Shown piece by piece: positions 53,441 through 63,625 of a stretch of 64,000 nucleotides of DNA. This DNA comes from Adineta vaga (lineage: Eukaryota; Animalia; Rotifera): NCBI GenBank assembly GCA_021613535.1, contig CP075493.1, positions 15,748,001-15,812,000 of the forward strand, in the 5' to 3' direction. The position numbers and the translations under genes were made by a program. The notes below the pieces were generated by a model. It saw nothing but the letters and a program-made list of their open reading frames with translations, was not told the DNA's origin and did not search any database. Each line of letters opens with the position of its first letter. Position 1 is the first letter of the stretch.

Positions 53441-53934
53441 GGGTTTGATCGATGATCGTGAGCATTGGTTATGAAAGAGAGTTCACTCTTATTTTCAACA
53501 ATACTAATGTAAATCTGCACCTGCAAATAAAAAATACATTGTTGTTTGGAAAAAGCTTGGAATAAATGATATTTTTGATTCTGTATGTTGAAATGCTTAT
53601 CTATTCAGTATGAGTTTTTTCCAACTTTTATTTGACTTGTTTACAGTTAGTCATATAGATAAGAACTGAAAATGAAATTTCGTGTTATATAAAAAGATGT
53701 GCAGTATGATAGAAATAAAAGATTATTTACAGCCTCAATTTCTGAAATTAGTCATTATGAATCATTACGAAAATAATAGTGAGTACTATCAAAGTGGTTC
53801 TTCTTATCTCTCGAGATTTAAGTTTTATACAGGTATGCGCCAAGAGAATTGTCATGCCTTTTTCCTGCGACTCAGATTCTCTTATGTAAATCATCAAACG
53901 AACACACGCAAATCGATTTTAGACTGTATCATAA

Positions 53935-53991
53935 CTTGAGGGTGTGCATATGGATGTGGGTGTGGTTTTTATCTGACAACCCACACAAACC
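53935..53991. repeat. Telomere-like hairpin element
   Basis: CTTGAGGGTGTGCATATGGATGTGGGTGTGG...ACCCACAC. Confidence 0.8.
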
Positions 53992-54036
53992 TGTCCTCTT
54001 CGTCAAAGCTCCACCATCAAGATGAGAATCAGTATA

Positions 54037-54107
54037 TTGAGGGTGAGGGTGTGGGTGTGGGTGAGGTTGGATCTTACTGTATCTCGACCACCACCCACCC
54101 TCAAGAT
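54037..54107. repeat. Telomere-like hairpin element (tandem with the previous copy)
   Basis: TTGAGGGTGAGGGTGTGGGTGTGGGTGAGG...GTATCTC..CCACCACCCACCCTCAAGAT. Confidence 0.9.
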
Positions 54108-54175
54108 TTTTATTGAGATGAGAGATATATCCATCGCAAATTAAAATCGGTTGGCGCTTGTTGCTAACGAAAACC
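54108..54175 (-). mobile_element. FLYWCH-like N-terminal fragment of a MULE-type transposase
   Basis: FVSNKRQPILICDGYISHLNK resembles the FLYWCH start (SxKGxPxLxxDGYxYxxNK); cut at the hairpin. Confidence 0.45.
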
Positions 54176-54705
54176 TGATAGAAGGATTGGTCGACATGAT
54201 GCGAATAAAAGTAGATGACAACAATCAGTAAATCAAGTAAAATACGACATTCTGTGTAACGGTACGATGATGTGCAAAGATCTTTCATGAATTCTATATT
54301 CAGGTCATGACACACATCAAAGAAAACAAAGAAAAATCTTCGACGATTTGGTTGTCACTATAATCTGTAATAAAATAAAAATTTCTATATTTTCTTAAGT
54401 GAATGTTCTACTCGTTGACATATTAATAGTCGACGTTTAGCTACTAAATCGCGAAATATAAAACAAAAATTATTTCCAAATCTATTTTTCCGTATACATT
54501 CAATAGGTTTTGAAGGCCCCAAAACATGTTTTAAGCGGATGTTTGCTCCTGACAAAATTTTTTTTCTTGTTCTTTTCTGCCATATTCTAATACTTGACTC
54601 ATTCTGTGTGCTTAAGAAATTTCATCATATTCTCTTTTTATTTCTTATCGCATGTTAAGCACATATATAATATATAATACATCTGAATTCTGAATACATT
54701 ACATC

Positions 54706-55164
54706 ATGTCTCAAATTGTTGAAACCAAGAACGACATTATATCATGTCGCCTAGCCACTGGTGATGATATTAACGTGATTTGTACTTCTATTGATGAGCG
54801 TGCGTTCATTCCGGCTTTTCTTGAACGTTCTATCGCCTCATCTCATTGCCACGTTGCACTTCTCAACGGTTCTCTCATCATTGGTTATGCTGTTCTCGAC
54901 TATTCTTTCTATGCTCAAGCTTTTATTGCAATGCTTCGTATTCATTCATCGTATCGACGACGAGGAGTCGGTCTAACATTAATGAAATATTTGGAACAGC
55001 CGGTTCTATGCACAACGAAGAAATTATTCACATCAACAAACTTATCGAATTTACCAATGCAGTCATTACTGGCAAAATTACAATATAAGTTGACTGGTAT
55101 CATTCATAATTTGGACGATGATGGTGATCCAGAATTGGTCTACTATAAGACCGTAGCAATATGA
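54706..55164 (+). CDS. GNAT-family N-acetyltransferase, intronless, bacterial-like
   Basis: Motif A RRRGVG; IIGYAVLDYSFY..FIAML; KLFTSTNLSNLPMQSLLAKL; GDPELVYYK. Confidence 0.85.
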   Translation: MSQIVETKNDIISCRLATGDDINVICTSIDERAFIPAFLERSIASSHCHVALLNGSLIIGYAVLDYSFYAQAFIAMLRIHSSYRRRGVGLTLMKYLEQPVLCTTKKLFTSTNLSNLPMQSLLAKLQYKLTGIIHNLDDDGDPELVYYKTVAI

Positions 55165-55178
55165 ATTTTCACTGTTAC

Positions 55179-55245
55179 CATCTTTAGGGTATGAGTGTGG
55201 GTGTAGATGTAAGTCAAGAAGATATACCCCCACACCCTCAAGATG
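55179..55245. repeat. Telomere-like hairpin element (core reversed)
   Basis: CATCTTTAGGGTATGAGTGTGGGTG...AAGAAGATATACCCCCACACCCTCAAGATG, in the 132-bp gap between convergent genes. Confidence 0.9.
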
Positions 55246-55296
55246 ATTACTTCATTTTATTTATTTTTAAATAAAAACAGATTTTACAAGAAAAAT

Positions 55297-57966
55297 TCAC
55301 GTACGACGATGTGATGGAACGAGAGAGATGTGGTCCGAACATGAAAGACTAGGAGCAGGAGTAGCAGGAGGAGTTTGAATCGGTATGTTACATGTGACAA
55401 TTATAGTTGGTCTGTATCGTGTATGCATTAAGAATCCTATATAAACTAGTATCGATAGAAGACTAAGAACTCCGAAGACAGCAAATAAATCAGCTATAGA
55501 TGTGAATGATAAATCTGTCGGATCTGATGCTTTTGATTCATGTGCACATATCGTTGCTTGAAACCATTTTCTTTGCAACTCATTAAATACATTTGATTCA
55601 CGAAATGATAATACAGTTACGTCTAAAATTTGTTCATATAACCATTTTTTTGGATAAATGATTCCAAATGAACTATGATCAAATCCTGCACCAATAAGAG
55701 TCAAATCACAATAGATGGCACTGGTCGCGTATTCGACAACGCCTGAATCCATAATTGATACATCAATTACTTTATTTAATAATTTTTCGTACATGTCTTC
55801 TTTTGATGTTAATGGATAATAATTTCGACTACCACCAGTAATTTCTCGAAGGAAATAGCCTTCAATTGATGTACCTGTAAGAATTCCAATTCGATTGTAT
55901 GATACTTTTCCATTTTTAATATCATCAATTCCGGAAATAAAATCTTGTGATTGAGAAAGAGTTAACTTAGCTGTTAGAGTTGCTTGATATGCTGCAATAA
56001 GAACAACACTGACGACATATATGCCGATTGTTAAGATGCGACCAGGAGCTGTTTTTGCATGAAAATCAACACCATAGCCAATTAGTGTTCCAATTGCAAA
56101 CCAAATACTCATTCCCATACGAGCAATCATTGATTTATTTTTAAATTCTGCATGACGTACTTCATAGAAATAAAGTAAAAATGCAGACCATAGAATAACG
56201 AGCATTATAACGATCCAAAGTATGGTGGGAAATGGTTCTAGAAAAGCGAGACGACCATAATCTTCCGGCGTTTTCTTTCGAATAATAATACGTAATTTGT
56301 TGTCAAAAATTGATTCAGAAAATGATACTATTTCTCTTCGTGCTGCTAAAATTGTTATATCCCCAACTATCATATCGAATTGATCATTTGCTACTAAATC
56401 AGGTAAACTATTATATGTAACATTATTTGATAATAAAGTGATATTTGCAATAAATCCCATTTTTTCTCGTAAACGATCAATCAAATCAAGGGCATAGCCG
56501 ACTAATTTTTTCTTCTTGTCTCCATATTGGTCTGTATATTCTTTCCACATAGTAAACGGAGCTGTTTCTATCACAGCAATACGTAATGTAACACCCTGAA
56601 TTGATGCATAACCTGTTGGAACAGTTAATGATTGTCCCGGCCAAATGATACTATTCTTTTGAGTATGTGTTGTCCAATCTGCTGACCCTGTTGATACTAA
56701 AACTGGAACATGATTTAAAGTATCTGAAAAACGTTGAACATTTTTCACAACATAATAAGTGCCATTGGCTCGATCTGTGGTATTTGTCGAAAATTGAACA
56801 GGACCTGTGACACCGAGAAACGTATTTGTGTTGATTATATCAAATATCGAATGAATACTTAAAGCACGTCGATCAAAACAAAACGATGTATTTGTAAATG
56901 AAATACATGATGATAAATTGTTGCCTGAACACAATTGTGTAAATGATTGAATCAGTGCCCATGTTGCATCAAATGTAAACGATGCATAATAATCAACATT
57001 CGTTGCACCAGGAAATGATTCAGGTTCATACTTTTGCCAAATGTTGTACGCATCATTTAATAATGTTTGATTTATTGGCGCATTGGCCATATTTCCTACA
57101 ACAGGACTGATAGATAAAATTCCAACCAAACGATCATGCCAAATTTTATCAAAAGCTGTTAATGGAACATCAGTGCCCAATATCCATGTAAATAATGGGC
57201 CAACTACATCTGCTTCAAGAGCATTTTGTAAGATTGATGTTGCATAACTCGTATCAGTCCACACAATTACAATACGTGCTAAACTGCGAGTTAATGTACC
57301 CTTTAAATTACCTCGAATAGTCGATGTTGCCATATCAAAGATCATTGTTTCTGTAACAGTTATATTGCTATCAGTAAATGCATTCGAAAGTGCTTTAGCA
57401 CCTCCTGTTCCAAATGCATCATTTTGATAAATAATGATACATGTTGTCCAATTAAATCGTAGAAAAACTTTAGCCATAGCTAATGCTGCATGATTATCTG
57501 AAGGAACTGTTCGATAAAAACTTGGATATGTTTTTCGATCGGATAGTTCAGGATCAGTTGCACCATAGGATATGATCGGAATGTCGATATTTTCAGTGAA
57601 TGATGCAAGTACATGACTTTCTCTTGAAATAGCTGGTCCAACAATGCCAACAATATTAGAAGTTGATATTGTCTCACATGTCACATGAAGAGCATTTATT
57701 GCATTACCTCTTGTTGATACAAGACGCCAATCAAAATATTCACCTCCAACGGTTAGATTATATTGATGAGAAAGTAATATTGCTGAGTAAAACATAGCAC
57801 GAGTTTGATAATACCATGACTTGATATCAGTTGTATCTGTTGTATTTTGTAAAACACCTAGTAGTTGAATTGCAGATGAATTTGATGAAGGCCAAAGTCC
57901 TCTAACTTGTTGTTGAACAAAGATGAAATAAAAATATAACCAGTGAAATTTCCATACAGACTTCAT
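55297..57966 (-). CDS. Ionotropic glutamate receptor (AvGluR1/GLR-like) with ATD and K+-channel-like GYG pore, intronless
   Basis: Signal peptide; ANF-type ATD (IVGP, ISYGAT, FYRTVPSD); S1 GDITILAARR; pore GTLIGYG; M3 AAYQATLTA; S2; M4. Confidence 0.92.
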   Translation of the reverse strand: MKSVWKFHWLYFYFIFVQQQVRGLWPSSNSSAIQLLGVLQNTTDTTDIKSWYYQTRAMFYSAILLSHQYNLTVGGEYFDWRLVSTRGNAINALHVTCETISTSNIVGIVGPAISRESHVLASFTENIDIPIISYGATDPELSDRKTYPSFYRTVPSDNHAALAMAKVFLRFNWTTCIIIYQNDAFGTGGAKALSNAFTDSNITVTETMIFDMATSTIRGNLKGTLTRSLARIVIVWTDTSYATSILQNALEADVVGPLFTWILGTDVPLTAFDKIWHDRLVGILSISPVVGNMANAPINQTLLNDAYNIWQKYEPESFPGATNVDYYASFTFDATWALIQSFTQLCSGNNLSSCISFTNTSFCFDRRALSIHSIFDIINTNTFLGVTGPVQFSTNTTDRANGTYYVVKNVQRFSDTLNHVPVLVSTGSADWTTHTQKNSIIWPGQSLTVPTGYASIQGVTLRIAVIETAPFTMWKEYTDQYGDKKKKLVGYALDLIDRLREKMGFIANITLLSNNVTYNSLPDLVANDQFDMIVGDITILAARREIVSFSESIFDNKLRIIIRKKTPEDYGRLAFLEPFPTILWIVIMLVILWSAFLLYFYEVRHAEFKNKSMIARMGMSIWFAIGTLIGYGVDFHAKTAPGRILTIGIYVVSVVLIAAYQATLTAKLTLSQSQDFISGIDDIKNGKVSYNRIGILTGTSIEGYFLREITGGSRNYYPLTSKEDMYEKLLNKVIDVSIMDSGVVEYATSAIYCDLTLIGAGFDHSSFGIIYPKKWLYEQILDVTVLSFRESNVFNELQRKWFQATICAHESKASDPTDLSFTSIADLFAVFGVLSLLSILVYIGFLMHTRYRPTIIVTCNIPIQTPPATPAPSLSCSDHISLVPSHRRT

Positions 57967-58320
57967 CAGAATCTGAAAAGAAAATATTTGATATAACGAC
58001 GTAGATTTTTTCTTTCATTTAATATATACATGTATATAATTGTAAAGATTAATATTGAATGGAACAAACTTATGCATGATTAATTCTGAATAGGTAGTAA
58101 AATATATACATGTATATGTTGGAGAAAACCTAGCGCGCTCACTTCCTCTTTATCTCCCGGCAAAATACATACGAAACAATTCAAAGAATATTGCCAATGT
58201 ATTATTTTTCGTCTTGACAGACAGTTTTTTGTCCGACCATTTCAAATCATAGCAATATACAAGTTTTGTGTTTTCATGTTTTTCATGACTATCTGGTTGA
58301 AAATGTAGCTATTTTGACAA

Positions 58321-58383
58321 ATCTTGAGGGTGTGGGTGTAGGTGTGGGTGTATCTTCTTCACTTACACCCGCACCCGTCAAGA
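58321..58383. repeat. Telomere-like hairpin element
   Basis: ATCTTGAGGGTGTGGGTGTAGGTGTGGGTGTATCTTCTTCACTTACACCCGCACCCGTCAAGA. Confidence 0.92.
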
Positions 58384-59340
58384 AAATGTTTGAAATGTTG
58401 ATAAAATTTGTTCAACATCTTTACATCCATGAAGTCTGACATAAAAATAAAAATTTTGGAATCTTTTCATTGATTTTAATAATTTGTTTTCTAGTTTTAT
58501 ACCGTTGAATAGAATATCAATTAAATTCATTAGATATATGTCGGTGAAATTTGGTGATAAAGTAATCAGTGACGATGAAAACAATTGATTAAGATCAGTT
58601 TTGGGGAGAAAAGTTGAGTGTCCGACAAATCTTTTTGTTTTAAATTTTAGATGAAATTCTTCTAACTTAATATCACTATATTATCAAGCTTCCAGAGATT
58701 TTCTCTCGACACTTTGTGAGATAATTCTGATTGAATATTTAAATAGATTAAATTCTGTGTATGTTCAATAAGAGCGAATATATCATGAAAATGATTCAAA
58801 TCTAATATTAATGAGTGAATATGAGTATTTGACTTTAATTGATTGAGACTTTGATAGAATAATCCACCTAATGATGGAAGATACTCAAATAGTTGTAATT
58901 TATTACCATCATTGAATACGTTGTTCAATAAGATTTGTTCGTCATCTGATATGTTCTTATCAGATGATTGATTAGATTGATTAGCATTTTTTATTTTCAA
59001 TGTATGCAATTGTTGAAAATATAGGTGATCGAGAGTGGATTTGAGTTGTCCGTCAAGTAAAAAATATGGTGAAGTGATGATAATTGATGTTAGATTCGAA
59101 AAGAACTCTAATTATATCATTAAATGATCAATACTGACATCTAATGTTTGAATTTGTGGACCAATTTTGGGTAGAGTTTTATTCCAAAAATTGAGATTAG
59201 TGGTTAGTAATTTGAAATGATATTTTTTTCTAAGTAATAGATGTTGTAATTGTTGATTAAAATTAATAAATTATATCATTTGATGTTAAATAATCAAATA
59301 TATATGGAGTTTTGTTCGTCATCGGAATACAACCCGACAT
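58384..59340 (-). pseudogene. F-box-like protein pseudogene
   Basis: YIFDYLTSNDII, QLHTLKI, NKLQLFEY and ILSTFQT fragments, with frameshifts. Confidence 0.65.
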
Positions 59341-59544
59341 AGCTTCACTGTTGATTTTATTTAGAAAGAAAAGTGTGATTTTTTAGATAAACAATCGTTA
59401 GTCACTCTCGTTATTGATGTGATGAAAATTTCGTGTTCCTACTTCGAATGTAAATTTAGTACAAAAGGAACGAAAGAAAAAAAATATGTTTCGCAGTGAC
59501 TCACTCTCATTATATGAGTATTAGTTGACGAACGCTGCGAAGAA

Positions 59545-59606
59545 TTGAAGGTATGCGGTGAGGGTATCTCCCGTTCACTCATTCATCACCCATACCCACA
59601 CCCTCA
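59545..59606. repeat. Telomere-like hairpin element
   Basis: TTGAAGGTATGCGGTGAGGGTATCTCCCGTTCAC...CACCCATACCCACACCCTCA. Confidence 0.85.
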
Positions 59607-59708
59607 TCGTCTTACACTTCGGTTTGTTATTATCAGCATTTATCAAAAATTTAGAAGAAAAACTGAAATGAAATAAAATTCCTCCTTTTGACGGATGTGA
59701 GTGCCTAC

Positions 59709-61829
59709 TCAAGTAAGAGCGGCTTTTAGTTCATCTAAGTCTTTTTCCAGTTTAAGTGTGTCTTCATGATCTGCTCCAAGCGTATTACTAAGGACGGCAA
59801 GTGCCTTTTCCAAGTATGAAACTGCCTCTCGATAATCACCTCTTTGTTTGTAAATTAGCCCTAAGCCCATGTAGCTATCACCCATGTTTTCATGGTCGAA
59901 TGGATAATATTTATGATTAATCCGTAATGCCTCATTAAAATGTCTTTCTGCGTACTCATTGCTTCCCATAGCACGGTAAATACTTCCCATGTGCTCATGC
60001 GCCCAAGCCAGTTCATGATGATCGGGCGGTAGTGATTTGACCATTATCTCCAACGCCGTTGTCTGATGCTCCAGTGCTAGATCCAATTGATGTAGTTCCA
60101 GATGCGCCCCAGCAACACCTGCGTGAGCGCGAGCCAAGTCAGGATGAAGCTCTGGAAGACACTTCGCCCAGATGCTTAATGCTTGTTGATATTTGTGCAA
60201 TGCATCTTCATGTTGCTCGTTCATCGTTCTGACATCCCCAATGTTAAATAGACACATAGCTACATTTTTATCCTCTTCTCCATAAAGGTTTTTGTAAATA
60301 TTCATCGCTTGTTCATAGAAGTCAACTGCACGTTCGAAGTCCCTCTTTCGTAAATAACCAACTCCACAGCAAGTAAGTGTATTCGCTACACTTGGATCGT
60401 TCGGAGGTAAGGTTTCTCGTTTTTTGGTCAACGCTTTTTCGAAATATTCGAGACTTTCTTCGTATTTGCCACGATCATCTAATACGTTGCCTAGTTGATG
60501 ATAACAATGGACGATTAACGGATGATCAGCGGGTAGTTCTTGAAGTACGTTTCGGAAGTAACACTCAGCCTGCTCTTGTTTACCTGCATTGGCAAGAACA
60601 ATGCCGTACGAAAGTGGAATGCATGCGGATGGTATGTCCTTCCGCATATGTTCAAAGAGTACTTTTAGCTCACTGTCGTCATTACTGCAGAGTACTAACT
60701 CGACGAGACTAATATCATCGTCTTTCAAGTGAATGTCAGTAATGCGAAAAATACTACCAGCCATGAATAAAACTTCGGATTCGCTCGGAAATGCACTCTT
60801 CGTCGTGACATCAGCAAACGGCTTGGCGTTTGGCAGCCTTTGACTTGTATCTATTTGAAAAAGTACAGCTGCGAGACCTTCCTGCACACGTTCCGTCGGC
60901 AGCAAAAACGAGGCGTACAAACGATCGAGCGTTGTTGAAAGAAAAGAATTCATCGAGACCAGCTGACCAGTGGAAAACTTTTTCAATTCTTCCCTTGCAA
61001 TCAGTTGTCCCCGATAAACTCGAGAAGCCGGTATCGTTTCATTGGTTTGTAGTGTGAATAATTGCTTGCAAATGTCTTGGATAAAAAAGCGCATGGTATA
61101 CAGGACGTCAATATTTTGCATCCGGAAAGCTTTATTCAGCATGCGATACAGAAACGACTCTTGCGTATACCAACGAATGGCTTGATCGGCAGAATAGTTA
61201 GACGCAAAATCATCAATTGTAAGAAGGTCGCTGACGTTATTCTTATACTCTTTGCGTAAATAGGTAATCGCCGAATTTTTCTCGGTGTGTGAGGAACTCA
61301 TAGTAAGAAGAGAATCGAGCAGAAGTTCACAATGAAGAAACTGGCCATTCATTTCGACTGAAGAGCTTTCCTGTTGTAGAGAACTATTCGTTTGGAATAT
61401 GTTGAATGCCAACGGCTCTGAAACATGGATTCTTCTTCTTTCGTCGCATTTGATCCTATTGATAATTTGATCGACGTCAGACAGCTTTTCAACGCGACGT
61501 AGCTTTACTTTGCAATAGATTAGAAAGCGTCACAATAAAAAACAACTCACCTTTTCTAGTCCAGATGTGCCCGACTTGTCTTTCGTCTCGTCTGAACATC
61601 GAAGATAGATAGTCGATATTCGCTGGAGTTGATGCACTCTCGCAATCCAATCAGATTCTATTTGATCATTTATAATGAGAACAATTGGACGGTGCTCAAC
61701 GTGTCTTATATATTCTTCGCATTCCTCACTACTGGTAAATATCTGAATATGATACAGTAGTTCGACACGTTGCAGTTCACGAGCATCGTTGTTTTTGTTT
61801 ATTGTGCCAAGCCATATAATCTCTAACAT
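59709..61829 (-). CDS. ADP-ribosyltransferase (ARTC) + kinesin-light-chain-type TPR repeat protein; intron ~61550-61503
   Basis: N-terminal IIWL module, AIRWYTQESFLYRMLNKA, VYRGQ, NSFLSTT, SESEVLF, then TPR repeats with LPxxHP. Confidence 0.88.
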
Positions 61830-61898
61830 ATTAGCATAAGTCCATGGGGAATTTCGTTTATCCTGTTCTGCTGTTTTTACGAAAATTTTTGTTTTTTA

Positions 61899-61975
61899 TT
61901 GAGGTAGTGGGCGTCGGAGCGGGCCTGGTGTGGATGTGGTTATTTTTTCTCCCTCGGCCTACATGCATCCACACC
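61899..61975. repeat. Telomere-like hairpin element
   Basis: TTGAGGTAGTGGG...GGTGTGGATG...CATCCACACC. Confidence 0.65.
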
Positions 61976-63076
61976 GTAAAAAAGCTACTTTGCCACAAAA
62001 TTATATTCCTCAGCCTATGATCTCAAGTGATTACCGACCGATTTTTTCGTTCTTTCTCGCAAAAAAAAACAATCGGAAGAAAAGAAAGTTCCAACATTTC
62101 ACAAACACATACCAGACCGTTTCGGTTTGGATTTGAATGCTGAGTTTGCATATAGCTCAGGTTTAGATTTCTTTGCTGCTCCGATGTCGAAACCTTCGGT
62201 ATTGACTTGAAACTCCATACTTAAATCCTTAGTAAGTACTACGAACTCAAGAAACTCAAATAATTTAGGTTCGACGTGTGTCTGATTGAACTATCCCATT
62301 CAAACTTCTACTCGCACTTTCAAGCAGTATGAGTTTGGTTTTGGATTTGTTGCATGTCTAACTCCATGCATAGCTATCTACATTTTTCTATTCTCAGTAC
62401 TTTTCTGGAGATTCTGAAAGTGTTCTATCACCTTTCTGTCTGATTTTGATCGAGTCAACGTGTTTTCGAAACACGGATTCGTTTGAGCTTTGTCTGCATT
62501 TCTTAATGTCCGTTTTTAAACTCAATTCAATTAGCGTAAATCGCGCCAAGATGTGAATCTTCTTGAACTCGCACACATGTAATGTAGAAGCGTTTTTCGT
62601 CTAGACTCGAGAGAACGTTTCCGAGTGTTTCTGGTGCTAAGCGGTAAATATTTAATGAAAATCTAAGTATTTACTTACCTAGCTCTTTCAAATTCGTGTC
62701 ATCTCTTGAGTTTGCAGGATTGATAGTCATGCGTGTGTCAGCTGAAGCTGCATAATTCATTCTGTACAGCAAATAGAATGATGTAATGATGACGGCGGCT
62801 GAGCTTCCTTTCTTTCTTTCTTTCTTTCTTTCTACCGTGAATGACTTGGAAATTGTGTCGTCTGAAGGGTAGAAAAAAATATAGAAGAAGTTTGTATATC
62901 TGACAAGGCAAAAACACGTGATTTGATGTAAAGAACGAAAAAAGCTGAGAAACACTATCCCTGTGGAAGTTTTCTGCCTCTGAATACATCCACAAGTGCA
63001 CTTTTGATGATTTGCTGATGCGTTTAAAGCGCTTTTATTAGGAAGAAATGGTCGGATAGGAATACAACTTTTCGGA

Positions 63077-63113
63077 GAGGATGTGGGTCAGGCTATACTC
63101 TCAACCCACACCC
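63077..63113. repeat. Telomere-like hairpin element
   Basis: GAGGATGTGGGTCAGGCTATACTCTCAACCCACACCC. Confidence 0.7.
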
Positions 63114-63449
63114 GTCTGCTCACAATCTTAAATCCAAATCATTATCACCAGAATTGAACAATCAGAAGCCTACTAGAGCATCGAAATCCCACAAATTGGA
63201 GAAAAAATAAATACATCATTTACCTTTTCACAGTCTTAGGATATAAAATATAATTTCCAAAGACATCTATCTCATTTTCAATATTCTCAGTTAATTAATA
63301 ACACAGATTTCTTTTTTAAATTAAACTTTTAGAATTTGTCGAAGATTGACAGATTAATGAAAACTAAAACGAAAAATGTGTATGAGTGTCAGATTAAGAT
63401 TGTAATTATAAACATACATTAACGAAAGAGATGAATTCCCAGTGTTAAC

Positions 63450-63555
63450 ATGTCTTCTGTTGATAATACAATAAACCACATAAATACATCAATTTCAATA
63501 ATAGTTATTAGTGTATCATTTATTAATCTTATAATTGCTTTTATTAGTCATATAT
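63450..63555 (+). pseudogene. 5' fragment (N-terminus and TM1) of a GPCR-like gene, truncated at a hairpin
   Basis: MSSVDNTINHINTSISIIVISVSFINLIIAFISHIL resembles the N-termini of the other GPCRs in this window (cf. FGLFNLISGLISNL). Confidence 0.5.
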
Positions 63556-63625
63556 TGGGTGTGGGTGTGAATATTCTTATCTTCTGTCACTCATATCCAC
63601 ACCCGCACTCACCCACCCTCAAGAT
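63556..63625. repeat. Telomere-like hairpin element
   Basis: TGGGTGTGGGTGTG...TATCTTCTGTCAC...CCACACCCGCACTCACCCACCCTCAAGAT. Confidence 0.9.

Noticed and set aside
53929-54315. 128-aa ORF with PHPHPHP
   Set aside because: Mostly read-through of hairpin arms; only the FLYWCH-like part looks coding.
62090-62860. Coding-like minus-strand exon fragments
   Set aside because: Splice-like sites are present, but no family or complete gene model could be supported.
5115-63625. CRISPR array or true bacterial integron interpretation of the recurring palindromes
   Set aside because: Spacing is kilobases and irregular, copies are diverged, genes have spliceosomal introns, and no cas or integrase gene is in the window. 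The cassette analogy is structural only.
5115-63625. Hairpins as plain interstitial telomeric or (GT)n microsatellites
   Set aside because: They have conserved non-telomeric termini (ATCTTGA/TCAAGAT), paired inverted arms and a shared asymmetric core.
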